Shown: one piece after another, positions 27,795 to 36,837 of the stretch
How the letters are laid out: each line of letters starts with the position of its first letter
Position numbering within the stretch: the stretch's first letter is position 1
Assembly: GCA_036746875.1 (NCBI GenBank)
Contig: DAIODI010000001.1
Span: 1-59,063, forward strand
From: Aestuariivirgaceae bacterium
GTDB taxonomy: Bacteria; Pseudomonadota; Alphaproteobacteria; Rhizobiales; Aestuariivirgaceae
Length of the DNA: 59,063 nt
Reading direction: 5' to 3'
Notes under the pieces: model-generated
Database searches by the model: none
Seen by the model: only the letters and a program-made list of their open reading frames with translations
What the model was told of the DNA's origin: nothing
Made by a program: the position numbers and the translations under genes

Positions 27795-28664
27795 CTACAG
27801 CACATCCACCGGCACCTTGAGATACACCGTGCCGTTGGCTTCCGCCGGCGGCATGCGTCCCGCCCGCATGTTGACCTGGATCGAGGGGATGATGAGCTTC
27901 GGCATGCCGAGCGTTTTGTCGCGCGCCTCGCGCATCGCCACGAACTCGTCTTCGCTCACCCCTTCGCGCACATGCACGTTGCCGGCGCGCTCGGCCGCAA
28001 CCGTGGTCTCCCAGGCGTAATGGTCGCGCCCCGGCGCCTTGTAGTCGTGGCAGAGGAACAGCCGGGTGTGCGCCGGCAGCTCCAGGATGCGGCGGATCGA
28101 GCGGTAAAGCGCACGCGCCGAGCCGCCGGGAAAATCGCAGCGCGCCGTCCCGTAGTCGGGCATGAACAGCGTGTCGCCGACGAACGCCGTGTCGCCGATG
28201 ACGTAGGTCATGCAGGCGGGCGTGTGGCCGGGCGTGTGCATCACGCGGGCGGGGATCGAGCCCAGCGCGAACGTGTCGCCGTCGCAGAACAGCCGGTCGA
28301 ACTGGCTGCCGTCGCGCTCGAACTCGGTTCCGGCGTTGAAGATCTTGCCGAAGGTGTCCTGCACCGTGCGGATGTTGTCCCCGATGGCGAGCGCGCCGCC
28401 GATGGCGCGCTGGATGTAGGGCGCGGCCGAGAGGTGATCGGCGTGGACGTGCGTTTCGATCAGCCACTGGCAGGCGAGGCCGCGATCCTTGACGAAAGCG
28501 ACAATGGCGTCGGCGGACGCCCTGCCGGTGCGCCCCGAGGCGGCGTCGTAGGCGAGCACCGTGTCGATCACGGCGCAGGCTTTCGTCGCCGGGTCGGCGA
28601 CGACATAGCTCACCGTGTTGGTCGGCTCGTCGAAGAACGCCTGAACGTCGGGCCGCTGGGCCAT
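27795..28664 (-). CDS. MBL-fold metallo-hydrolase (persulfide-dioxygenase-like)
   Basis: THVHADHLSA metal motif, TPGHTP, and HDY near the C-terminus. Confidence 0.85.
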   Translation of the reverse strand: MAQRPDVQAFFDEPTNTVSYVVADPATKACAVIDTVLAYDAASGRTGRASADAIVAFVKDRGLACQWLIETHVHADHLSAAPYIQRAIGGALAIGDNIRTVQDTFGKIFNAGTEFERDGSQFDRLFCDGDTFALGSIPARVMHTPGHTPACMTYVIGDTAFVGDTLFMPDYGTARCDFPGGSARALYRSIRRILELPAHTRLFLCHDYKAPGRDHYAWETTVAAERAGNVHVREGVSEDEFVAMREARDKTLGMPKLIIPSIQVNMRAGRMPPAEANGTVYLKVPVDVL

Positions 28665-28733
28665 GGCCGCCTCCGTCTCCGTTGCGTAAGGCTGCAAGGT
28701 AGGAGGGCCGGAGCCGATCCGCAATGATCCGCC

Positions 28734-29651
28734 TCAGGCGGCGGGCTTGCGCAAGCGGAACAGGCGCCCGGCGATCAGCGCCAGCCCGGCGGCGATCGCC
28801 GCCATGCCCAGGATATGCTGCGGCTCCAGCCGTTCGCCCAGAAACGCCGCGCCGAGGAGGATCGCCGAAATGGGTACGATGAAGGTGACGAGGCTGACGT
28901 TGCCGGCGCCCGACGACTTCAGGATCGAGAAGAACATCACGTAGGCGACCGCCGTGCACAGAAGCCCCAGCCCAAGCACCGCGCCGAGCGCCTGCGGCGA
29001 GGCCGTGGCGAGTCCGTCGAAGCCGCCGGTGAGGAGGGCGACGGGCGCGAGCATCAGGCCCGAACACAGCGTCTGCCCGGCGGCGGTGACGATGGGCGGG
29101 TTCACCGCGAGCCGTCTCCCCCACGATCCGGCAAAGCCGTAGGAGAGCGCCGCGCCGAGCACCGCAAGCTGCGCCAGCACGTGCGCGCCGAGGCTTTCCA
29201 GCGCGCCGATGCCGACCATCACCGCCACCCCGGCGAGGCCCACCGCCACCCCGGCGAGGCGGTTGGCGGTGAGCGGCTCGTCGCGGGTCAGCCGGTTGGC
29301 GATGAGGAGCGTGAAGAACGGCGTCGTGGCGTTGAGGATCGCGGCGAGGCTGGACGCGATCTCCTTCTGGCCCCAGACGATCAGCGTGAACGGCACGATG
29401 TTGTTGACCACGCCCATGACGAGGAGATCGCGCCAGCGGCCGGACGTGTCCGGCGGACGGTAGCCGAGCGCGAACGCGACCGCCCAGAGCGCGGCGGCGG
29501 CGATGAGGCAGCGCAACGTCACCACGGCGACGGGCGCGAGCGCCTTCACCGCGATGGCGTTGAAGAAGAACGACGCGCCCCAGACCGCGCCGAGCGCGAT
29601 CAGCAACGCCCACTGCGTCAACCCCATTTCGCGCCGGATGCCCGTGTCCAT
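28734..29651 (-). CDS. DMT-superfamily (EamA) transporter
   Basis: Ten hydrophobic segments in a two-EamA-repeat architecture. Confidence 0.88.
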   Translation of the reverse strand: MDTGIRREMGLTQWALLIALGAVWGASFFFNAIAVKALAPVAVVTLRCLIAAAALWAVAFALGYRPPDTSGRWRDLLVMGVVNNIVPFTLIVWGQKEIASSLAAILNATTPFFTLLIANRLTRDEPLTANRLAGVAVGLAGVAVMVGIGALESLGAHVLAQLAVLGAALSYGFAGSWGRRLAVNPPIVTAAGQTLCSGLMLAPVALLTGGFDGLATASPQALGAVLGLGLLCTAVAYVMFFSILKSSGAGNVSLVTFIVPISAILLGAAFLGERLEPQHILGMAAIAAGLALIAGRLFRLRKPAA

Positions 29652-29738
29652 CGTCGCCCCCCGCTGTGCGTCAGGCGACGATGGCGGGGACGGGGGGCGG
29701 CGAGCTTCCCGCAGCTTGCGGCCGAACGCGCGAAGACG

Positions 29739-31796
29739 TCACAGGTCCTTGCACAGCCGGGCGGCGTCGTAGATGGCGGCGTGGATGTTGCGCGAGGCGA
29801 CCGCATCGCCGATCCGGAACAGCTGGAAGCGGCCGTGCGGGTTGCTGCGGACCGATTGCGGGCGGCCCTCGATCAGCGCGCCGTAATCCACCGCCCCGCC
29901 ATTGGACGACCGCTCCTTCAGCTCCATGTAGAGGTCGGCGTTGGGCAGCGTCGCCTGTTCGATCACCACCTGGTCGACGAGACGTTCGCCCGCGTCCTTC
30001 TCCGTGTAGGGAGACCAGAGCGTGGCGGCGATCCGGTTGCCGACGCGCTTCAGGCCGGTCACCCGCAACATGGTCGTGATGCGTGTTCCTGCCGTGTGCA
30101 GCTTCTGCATGTAGGGCACGAGGTTGAGCCCGCCCATCTCGGGCGCGAAGAAACGCTCCGGCGTCACCAGTTCGAGTTTCGCCCCCGCGTCGACGAGGAA
30201 CTCCGCCGCCGCCATGCCGGGGTGCGCGCCGTTGTCGTCGAACAGCAAAACCTCCTCGCCCGGCTTCACGTCGCCCGACAGGATGTCCCAGCTCGACACG
30301 GCGAGTTCCTGGCCGGGAATGGCGATGGCCGCGCCCGGCGCGCCGCCGGTGGCGACGATGACGACATCGGGCGCAAGCGAAGCGACGAGCGCGCCGTCGG
30401 CGAGCGTGTTGAAGCGCGCCTCGACGCCGAGTTTCTCCAGCCGGTCCATGCGCCAGTCGACGATGCCCTGAAGCTCGCCGCGCCGCTTCGCCCGCGTCGC
30501 CAGCGCCACCTGGCCGCCGGGTCTCCCCGCCGCCTCGATCAGCGTCACCCTGTGTCCGCGCTCGGCCGAAACGCGCGCCGCCTCAAGGCCGGCGGGGCCG
30601 GCCCCGGCGATGACGATGTGGCGATGGCCGCCGCTGGCGCGCACGATCGCCTGCGGCATCGTCGCCTCCCGGCCCGTGGCGGGATTGTGGATGCACAGCG
30701 CCTCGTGGCCCTCGTAGATGCGGTCGAGGCAGTAGGTGGCGCCGACGCACGGGCGGATCTCATGCTCGCGGCCCGCCATGATCTTCTTCACGATATGCGG
30801 ATCGGCGATGTGGGCGCGCGTCATGCCCACCATGTCGAGCTTGCCCTCGGCGACCGCGTGGCGGGCGGTGGCCACGTCGTTGATGCGGGCGGCGTGGAAC
30901 ACCGGAAACTTCGTGTGCTGACGAACCTCGCCGGCGAAATCGAGGTGCGGGGCCGAGCGCATGCCGGTGACGGGGATGACGCGCGACAGCGGGCCGTCGT
31001 GCTCGATGTGGCCGCGAATGACGTTGAGGAAATCGATCTGGCCGGTCGCCACCAGCTTCTCGCAGATGGCGAGACCCTCGGCGCGCGACAGCCCCATGTC
31101 CCAGTCCTCGTCGGCGACGAGCCGCGCGCCGACGATGAAGCCGGGTCCGACACGGGCGCGCACCGCGTCGAGGATGCGGAAGGTGAAGCGCAGGCGATTG
31201 TCGAGGGAGCCGCCGAACGCGTCGTCGCGGCGGTTGGTGGCGGGCGACCAGAACTGGTCCATCAGGTGGCCGTAGCATTCGAACTCGAAGCCATCGAGGC
31301 CGGCCGCCTTCATGCGCTCGGCGGCGTCGGCGTAGTCGGCCACGATGCGGTCGATGTCCCAGTCCTCCATCTCCTTCGGGATGGCGCGGTGGGCGGGTTC
31401 GCGCACCGGCGAGGGGGCGAGCACGGGGAGCCAGTCGGCCTTGTTCCAGTTGGTGCGCCGGCCAAGGTGGGTGAGCTGGATCATCACCGCCGCGCCCTGC
31501 TCGTGGCAGTCGTCGGCAAGCCGCTTCAGCCACGGCACGATCTCGTCCCTGTAGGCGTGCAGGTTGCCGAAGGCGGGCGCGGAGTCGCGCGAGACGATGG
31601 CCGATCCCGCCGTCATGGTGAGGGCGATGCCGCCCTTCGCTTTTTCCAGGTGGTAGAGGCGGTAGCGGTCCTTCGGCATCCCGTCCTCGGCGTAGTTCGG
31701 CTCGTGCGCCGTGGACATGATGCGGTTCTTCAGCGTCAGATGCTTCAGGCGGTAGGGCTGGAGAAGCGGGTCGTTGGCGCGGTGGACGGTGGTCAT
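29739..31796 (-). CDS. NADH:flavin oxidoreductase fused to an FAD/NAD-binding domain (2,4-dienoyl-CoA reductase / N-methylproline demethylase StcD-like)
   Basis: OYE-like N-terminus LKHLTLKNRIMSTAHEP...LEKAKGG, then VIAGAGPAGLEAA and a second dinucleotide fold. 685 aa. Confidence 0.9.
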   Translation of the reverse strand: MTTVHRANDPLLQPYRLKHLTLKNRIMSTAHEPNYAEDGMPKDRYRLYHLEKAKGGIALTMTAGSAIVSRDSAPAFGNLHAYRDEIVPWLKRLADDCHEQGAAVMIQLTHLGRRTNWNKADWLPVLAPSPVREPAHRAIPKEMEDWDIDRIVADYADAAERMKAAGLDGFEFECYGHLMDQFWSPATNRRDDAFGGSLDNRLRFTFRILDAVRARVGPGFIVGARLVADEDWDMGLSRAEGLAICEKLVATGQIDFLNVIRGHIEHDGPLSRVIPVTGMRSAPHLDFAGEVRQHTKFPVFHAARINDVATARHAVAEGKLDMVGMTRAHIADPHIVKKIMAGREHEIRPCVGATYCLDRIYEGHEALCIHNPATGREATMPQAIVRASGGHRHIVIAGAGPAGLEAARVSAERGHRVTLIEAAGRPGGQVALATRAKRRGELQGIVDWRMDRLEKLGVEARFNTLADGALVASLAPDVVIVATGGAPGAAIAIPGQELAVSSWDILSGDVKPGEEVLLFDDNGAHPGMAAAEFLVDAGAKLELVTPERFFAPEMGGLNLVPYMQKLHTAGTRITTMLRVTGLKRVGNRIAATLWSPYTEKDAGERLVDQVVIEQATLPNADLYMELKERSSNGGAVDYGALIEGRPQSVRSNPHGRFQLFRIGDAVASRNIHAAIYDAARLCKDL

Positions 31797-31952
31797 GCGT
31801 AACCTTCAGGGGGCAAGGGAGGAACGGCCCGTCTCGGTGACGATCAGGGCCATGGGGATATCGTGGGGCTCAGGGTGAATGGTCTCAAGCCGCGTCGCCG
31901 CCAGGCCCCACGCCGGCAGCATAGGGCCGCGGATCGAGAGCGGCCAGCGCGC

Positions 31953-33164
31953 TCATCCGGCGGCGGGCTCGCCGCGCGCCCACGCCGTCTCGCGCCCTGG
32001 TCCGGGATCGGAGGGAACCAGAACCGACAGCGCAAGCGCGACCGCCGCCATGCCGGAGCCGATCAGGAACACCGCCGCGGGCGAGATGTCCCAGACGACG
32101 CCGAGCGGGATCGGCAGACCCACGGCGGCGATGTGATTGATCGAGAACGCAACGCCCGAGGTTGGCGCGATGTCCGCCGGGTCGGCGATCTTCTGGAAGT
32201 AGGTCCTTTGCGCGATCGCGAACGAGAAGAACGCGTTGTCGAGGACGTAGAGCGCCGCAGCGAGCCAGGGGTCGTTGACGACGGCGTAGAGCAGGAACAC
32301 GAGAACGAGGCCGGCGTTCTCCACGATCAGCGAGTTCCGGTCGCCCCAGCGGCCGATCAGCTGGCCGATCTTCGGCGCGAGCAGGGTGTTGAACACCGCG
32401 TTGACGAGCAGCAGCAGCGTCATCGCGCCCACGCCGTAGCCGAACTTCTGCACCATGAGAAAGGCCGCGAAGATCACGAAGATCTGCCGCCGCGCCCCGC
32501 CCATGAACACCAGCGCATAGTAGAGCCAGTAGCGACGACGCAGGATCAGCGTCTTGCGCTGCGGCGTCTCCTCGCGGAAGTACGGGAACGACAGCCAGAC
32601 CCAGGCCGCCATCAGCATCGCGCCGACGCCGCCGGCGAGGAAGATCCAGAGGTAGTCGAGCCCGAGCCAGTCCCACAGGATGAAGATCATGGCGTAGGAG
32701 GCGATGGTGGCGAGCGATGTGGCCGCGATGATGCGGCCGATGAGGCGCGGCGCCGAGCGTTTCTCGAACCACTGCAGCGACAGCGATTGCGCCACGGTCT
32801 CGAAGTAGTGGAAGCCGACCGACTTCACCAGGGTCGTTGCATAGAAGCCGATGGCGGCGGGGAAGAACCCGGTGATGGCCACGCCGCCGCCGATCAACAT
32901 GAGCGAGACGAGCGCCAGCGTCTGCTCGCGCATGATCCGCAGGAAAAAGACGGCGGCGAACGACAGGAAGCCCGGGATCTCGCGCACCGTATGCAGGACG
33001 CCGATCTCCGCGCCGCCGAAGCCGAGCACGTTGATGGCGAAGTTCGTATGCAGGGCGTTCCAGGTGGCGAACGCAAGATAGTTCGCCGCCGACATGATGA
33101 TCAGCGCGTTCGCCGGGTTCCGCCATCCGGAAGCGTCGGCGATGCTCACGTCCTGTCGGCTCAT
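31953..33164 (-). CDS. MFS transporter
   Basis: Twelve hydrophobic segments, 403 aa. Confidence 0.85.
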   Translation of the reverse strand: MSRQDVSIADASGWRNPANALIIMSAANYLAFATWNALHTNFAINVLGFGGAEIGVLHTVREIPGFLSFAAVFFLRIMREQTLALVSLMLIGGGVAITGFFPAAIGFYATTLVKSVGFHYFETVAQSLSLQWFEKRSAPRLIGRIIAATSLATIASYAMIFILWDWLGLDYLWIFLAGGVGAMLMAAWVWLSFPYFREETPQRKTLILRRRYWLYYALVFMGGARRQIFVIFAAFLMVQKFGYGVGAMTLLLLVNAVFNTLLAPKIGQLIGRWGDRNSLIVENAGLVLVFLLYAVVNDPWLAAALYVLDNAFFSFAIAQRTYFQKIADPADIAPTSGVAFSINHIAAVGLPIPLGVVWDISPAAVFLIGSGMAAVALALSVLVPSDPGPGRETAWARGEPAAG

Positions 33165-33523
33165 GGCGAATCACGCGGGCCCTGTCGCGCAACGAAGATG
33201 CGATTTGTACTTCGGCTGCGCGCGATGATCGAGGTCCGCGCACGCATGGAGGGGATGTGCGATTGGCCTGCCGTGCACGCGAAAGTCGAGGCGTAGTGCG
33301 GCCGCGCCAAAAGATTTTCGGAATAATTGCTGCGCGTTCGAATTGAAGCTTGCGCGACAGGCCGTCGTTTGGTTCTCTCTCGCCCGTCACGGGGTCGCCG
33401 GCCGGACTTGCGCCGACGGTGGGGGGCCGTGACGGGGAGCTTGAGGCGGATCGGACATGGGGTCCTTGAGCGGCCGTTGTCCCTTCCGCCTCGCTGCTTC
33501 CGGGCGCCTCCCGAACGGCCTCG

Positions 33524-34618
33524 CTACGCCAGCTGCCGCTTCAGCTTCGCAATCGCCGCCTTACCCGCCTCGATATCCTCCGGCATGAAGGCGATCGGGT
33601 CGGGCGTCCTGGGTTCCAGGCCCAGCATGCCCTCGACGGTCGCATGCGCGCACAACGCCGCGTAGGCCGGGTTGTATCCGCCTTCCTGCACCGACAGCAG
33701 TTTGCCGCCGGAATGCCGCGCGGCAAGCTCGCGGGCGATCGCGCCGAAGCGATGGAAGCCTTTGGTGGTGACGAGCTGGCGGCCGTTCGGGTCGAACTGG
33801 TTCGCGTCCTGGCCGTTGGCGACGATGATGAGGCCGGGCCGGTAGGCGTCCAGCCTGGGGATCACGATCTCCGCGAAGGCGCGAATGTAGGCGTCGTCGC
33901 CAAGCCCGCACGGCAGGTCGATGTTGACGTTGAGGCCTTCGCCAGCGCCCTTGCCCCGTTCGTCCGGCGCGCCGGTCTGCGGGTGGCTTGGCCCCCACGA
34001 CCCATGATGCATGTGGAGCGAGATGGTGAGCACGTCGTCGCGCTCGTAGAAGCAGGCCTGCGTGCCGTTGCCGTGGTGCACGTCCCAGTCGATGATCGCC
34101 ACCCGCTCCACGCCCTCATCCAGCGCCCGCTGCGCCGCGAGCGCCGCGTTGTTGAGGAAGCAGTAGCCGTCGGCCATCGCCGGCTGCGCATGGTGGCCGG
34201 GCGGGCGGACCAGCGCGTACGCCATCGCCGTTTCGCCTTCGAGGATCGCGTCCACGGCGGCGAGCGCCGTGCCGGCGGCGGCGCGGATCGGATCGAGCGA
34301 GTGGCGCGCGAACACCGTGGTGTTGGAGAACGGGCGCCCGCCCTGCGCTTCGGCGGCGAGCAGCGTCGCCCAGTAGTCGTGATCGTGCACGGTGAGGATC
34401 TCCGGCACGCTGGCGAGCCGCCCCGCCCGCCAGTCAAGCCGGTCTGCCGCCGGACCCTTCTCCAGCGCCCGCTTCATGTTGGCGATCCGCTCGGCGTTCT
34501 CGGGGTGCTTCATCTGGACCGCCAGCATCCCGGAGGGTGGCGCGTCGAACACGCCCTCGCCGGTGTCGTGGCCGAGGGCGGCGTCGTGCCAGAAGATCTG
34601 CATACGGTCGTTGGGCAT
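33524..34618 (-). CDS. histone deacetylase-family amidohydrolase (acetylpolyamine/acetoin-utilisation type)
   Basis: RPPGHHA, IIDWDVHHGNGTQ and EGGY motifs. Confidence 0.9.
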   Translation of the reverse strand: MPNDRMQIFWHDAALGHDTGEGVFDAPPSGMLAVQMKHPENAERIANMKRALEKGPAADRLDWRAGRLASVPEILTVHDHDYWATLLAAEAQGGRPFSNTTVFARHSLDPIRAAAGTALAAVDAILEGETAMAYALVRPPGHHAQPAMADGYCFLNNAALAAQRALDEGVERVAIIDWDVHHGNGTQACFYERDDVLTISLHMHHGSWGPSHPQTGAPDERGKGAGEGLNVNIDLPCGLGDDAYIRAFAEIVIPRLDAYRPGLIIVANGQDANQFDPNGRQLVTTKGFHRFGAIARELAARHSGGKLLSVQEGGYNPAYAALCAHATVEGMLGLEPRTPDPIAFMPEDIEAGKAAIAKLKRQLA

Positions 34619-35002
34619 GGGTGATCTCAGTCGATGATGTCGGGGAGGTTGAGGATCAGCGCGTCTACGCCTTCGGCGGCCATGCGCCTGAGGACCGCCT
34701 GCTGGCGCGCCTCGCAGATGTGCCGGGGAACGCGGTCAGCATGCGGATGATCTCCGGTCGAGAGCGTGACGGATGCTATCCGCGGCCGCTCCCGCCGGAA
34801 AGCCCTTGCCGCTGTCCCGGCCTGCGAAAGACGCATGACAGCGGCGTTGACAGGGCCGTTCTGCAAAGCTACCAATCGTTTGTAGAAACGAACGCGACTG
34901 CCGCCGCGTCTCCTCCGTGGCAGGTCTGTCTTGGATTTGAGCGGATCTCAGAAGCGGGCTGCAGTTTTCCAAAGGGTCCGAAAAAGCGAACGGCGAGCAG
35001 CA

Positions 35003-35383
35003 ATGGGCACGATCAACGTCACCGACCACACCGGCAGAACCCATGTCCTCGATGCGGTCGAGGGTTGGCGGGTGATGGAGATCATCCGCGCGCATGGCCT
35101 CGCCATGGAGGGGTTGTGCGGTGGGGCGTGCGTGTGCGCCACCTGCCATGTCGTGGTCGATGACGCCTGGCTGGCGAAGCTCCACGCCGCGCGCGACGAC
35201 GAGGAGGCGATGCTCGACACTGTGCCGGCGCTCGAACCGGGCTCGCGGCTTTCCTGCCAGCTGATCTACGGCGAACACCTCGACGGGCTCGCCCTGTCGC
35301 TCGCCGGCGGGGGCGCGCGGGCGCGCGAGGCCGCGGGAGTGCGCGCGACGAAGCGTTCGCCGGGCTTGAGGGCGCGGACCTGA
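35003..35383 (+). CDS. [2Fe-2S] ferredoxin (second copy) with an atypical 3' extension overlapping cysH sequence
   Basis: CGGACVCATCHV...SRLSCQL pattern. The family normally ends about 20 aa after SCQ, but here the frame continues to 35383. Confidence 0.8.
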   Translation: MGTINVTDHTGRTHVLDAVEGWRVMEIIRAHGLAMEGLCGGACVCATCHVVVDDAWLAKLHAARDDEEAMLDTVPALEPGSRLSCQLIYGEHLDGLALSLAGGGARAREAAGVRATKRSPGLRART

Positions 35384-35415
35384 TCCGCGCCGTCGCCGCC
35401 GGGCATCCGGGGAAG

Positions 35416-36057
35416 GTGGCGGTGGTGTCCTCGTTCGGCGCGGAGTCCGCCGTGCTCCTGCACATGGTGGCGGAAGTCGACGCTTCGCTGCCGGTGATCT
35501 TTCTCGACACGGAGAAACACTTCCGGGAGACGCGCCGTTATCGCTCCATCCTCGCCGACCGGCTGGGGCTGAAGGACGTGCGCACCATCCATCCGGACCC
35601 GAGCGATCTGGCCCGCAGCGACCCGGCGGGCGACCTGCACGGCCGCGATCCCGACCTGTGCTGCCACATCCGCAAGTCGCTGCCGCTGGAGCGCGCGCTC
35701 GCCGGGTTCGATGCGGTGATCTTCGGCCGCAAGCGTTTCCACGGCGCGGCCCGCGCGGCGCTCCAGACGATGAGCCACGACGGCGGCCGCTTGAAGGTGG
35801 AGCCGCTCGCCGGGTTCACCGCCGACGACCTCAGGGCCTACATGGCGGCGCACGATCTGCCGGCGCATCCGCTCACCGGACGCGGCTACCGGTCCATCGG
35901 CTGCGCACCCTGCACGGTGGCGGGCGGGACCGACGAAGACCCGCGCGCCGGGCGCTGGGCGGGCACCGGCAAAACCGAGTGCGGCATCCACATCACCTCC
36001 GGTGGCGCGCTGGTGCGGACGATCGCGCGCGACGGCGCGGTCACGGCGCCAAACTGA
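35416..36057 (+). CDS. cysH: phosphoadenylyl-sulfate/adenylyl-sulfate reductase (CysH); 5' end unresolved
   Basis: SSFGAESAVLLHM, a CC pair and CAPC (the Fe-S type seen in APS reductases). In-frame homology (DEAFAGLEGADLIRAVAAGHPGK) extends upstream to about 35344 with no ATG, GTG or TTG start codon in that frame. Confidence 0.85.
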   Translation: MAVVSSFGAESAVLLHMVAEVDASLPVIFLDTEKHFRETRRYRSILADRLGLKDVRTIHPDPSDLARSDPAGDLHGRDPDLCCHIRKSLPLERALAGFDAVIFGRKRFHGAARAALQTMSHDGGRLKVEPLAGFTADDLRAYMAAHDLPAHPLTGRGYRSIGCAPCTVAGGTDEDPRAGRWAGTGKTECGIHITSGGALVRTIARDGAVTAPN

Positions 36058-36673
36058 TGATCACCTCGTTGCGCCGGAGAAATCCGGGCGTCCACGGATC
36101 ATTATAGTAGGCGTAGGTCGCCGGGCCGCTGGCGGTGAGCCCTTGCGCCGCAATCCAGCCCCGCAACTCCGCCTCGCGGGCCTTCAAGGCCGCATCGGTG
36201 GCGACGCCGGAGAAGCGGATGGCGGCGCGCCGCTGCGGCGCGACCTCGGTGAGCCTGACATCGCCGCCGGGGGCCGGAAGTTCCGCCAGCGTATACGCCG
36301 CCGGCATGATGAACCGTATGGTCCAGCGGCTGGCGCCGCCGGCGCTCTCCTGCGTCACGGGTGCGGTCATGGCGATCGCCTCCGGCTCCTGCGTCACGGG
36401 TGCGGTCATGGCGATGTCGCCGCCGCCCCGGTTTCTGGCGAAGATATAGGCGGCAAGCGCCCGGAAGCCCTGGCGGACGGCTTCCCAGCGCTCACCCTCG
36501 CGGGTGACTTCGGCCACGACCATTCCCGGGTATTGGCGGACCTCGATATCGGCGCCCGCGGCGCGCCCGGTTACGGTGTAGGCCGGCGTCTCGATGGAGG
36601 TGGTGAACCACCACCAGCCGAAGACGGCGGCGGCGGCGAGCGCCGCCAGCGTGAGGAGGGCGTAAACGGCCAT
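36041..36673 (-). CDS. SOUL heme-binding family protein, membrane-anchored or secreted
   Basis: ETPAYTV, IAMTAPV (twice), RFIMP and YNDPWTPGFLRRNEV. ATG at 36673 (MAVYALLTLAALAAAAVF) preferred over 36724. Confidence 0.85.
   Translation of the reverse strand: MAVYALLTLAALAAAAVFGWWWFTTSIETPAYTVTGRAAGADIEVRQYPGMVVAEVTREGERWEAVRQGFRALAAYIFARNRGGGDIAMTAPVTQEPEAIAMTAPVTQESAGGASRWTIRFIMPAAYTLAELPAPGGDVRLTEVAPQRRAAIRFSGVATDAALKAREAELRGWIAAQGLTASGPATYAYYNDPWTPGFLRRNEVIISLAP
36347..36424. repeat. In-frame 39-bp tandem duplication inside the SOUL gene
   Basis: CTCCTGCGTCACGGGTGCGGTCATGGCGAT occurs at 36347-36376 and again at 36386-36415. It encodes IAMTAPVTQE twice. Confidence 0.85.
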
Positions 36674-36837
36674 GCGCAATCCCCGGTTCGGGCGGCGGGC
36701 GGGTGGGGAAACAGCGTCTGTCATGGGGAGGGTTACGCACCGGCGATCGCCGGGGATCGCCGGCGGGCGTCTTGTGCGCGCGGGCGAGGCTCCTGTAGAG
36801 GGGAGAACATTGTCCGACCGTTCCCGGAGCGCTGGCC

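Noticed and set aside
28815-31802. 995-aa plus-strand ORF antisense to the DMT transporter and flavin oxidoreductase genes.
   Set aside because: Same artefact. The composition is dominated by R, G, A, D and E, and the opposite strand encodes clear family members.
31925-31945. AGAGCGGCCAGC just before the MFS stop, matching part of the left arm of repeat copies 1 and 3 in the opposite orientation.
   Set aside because: It is only an 11-12-nt match with no adjacent hairpin module. It is plausibly chance in GC-rich sequence.
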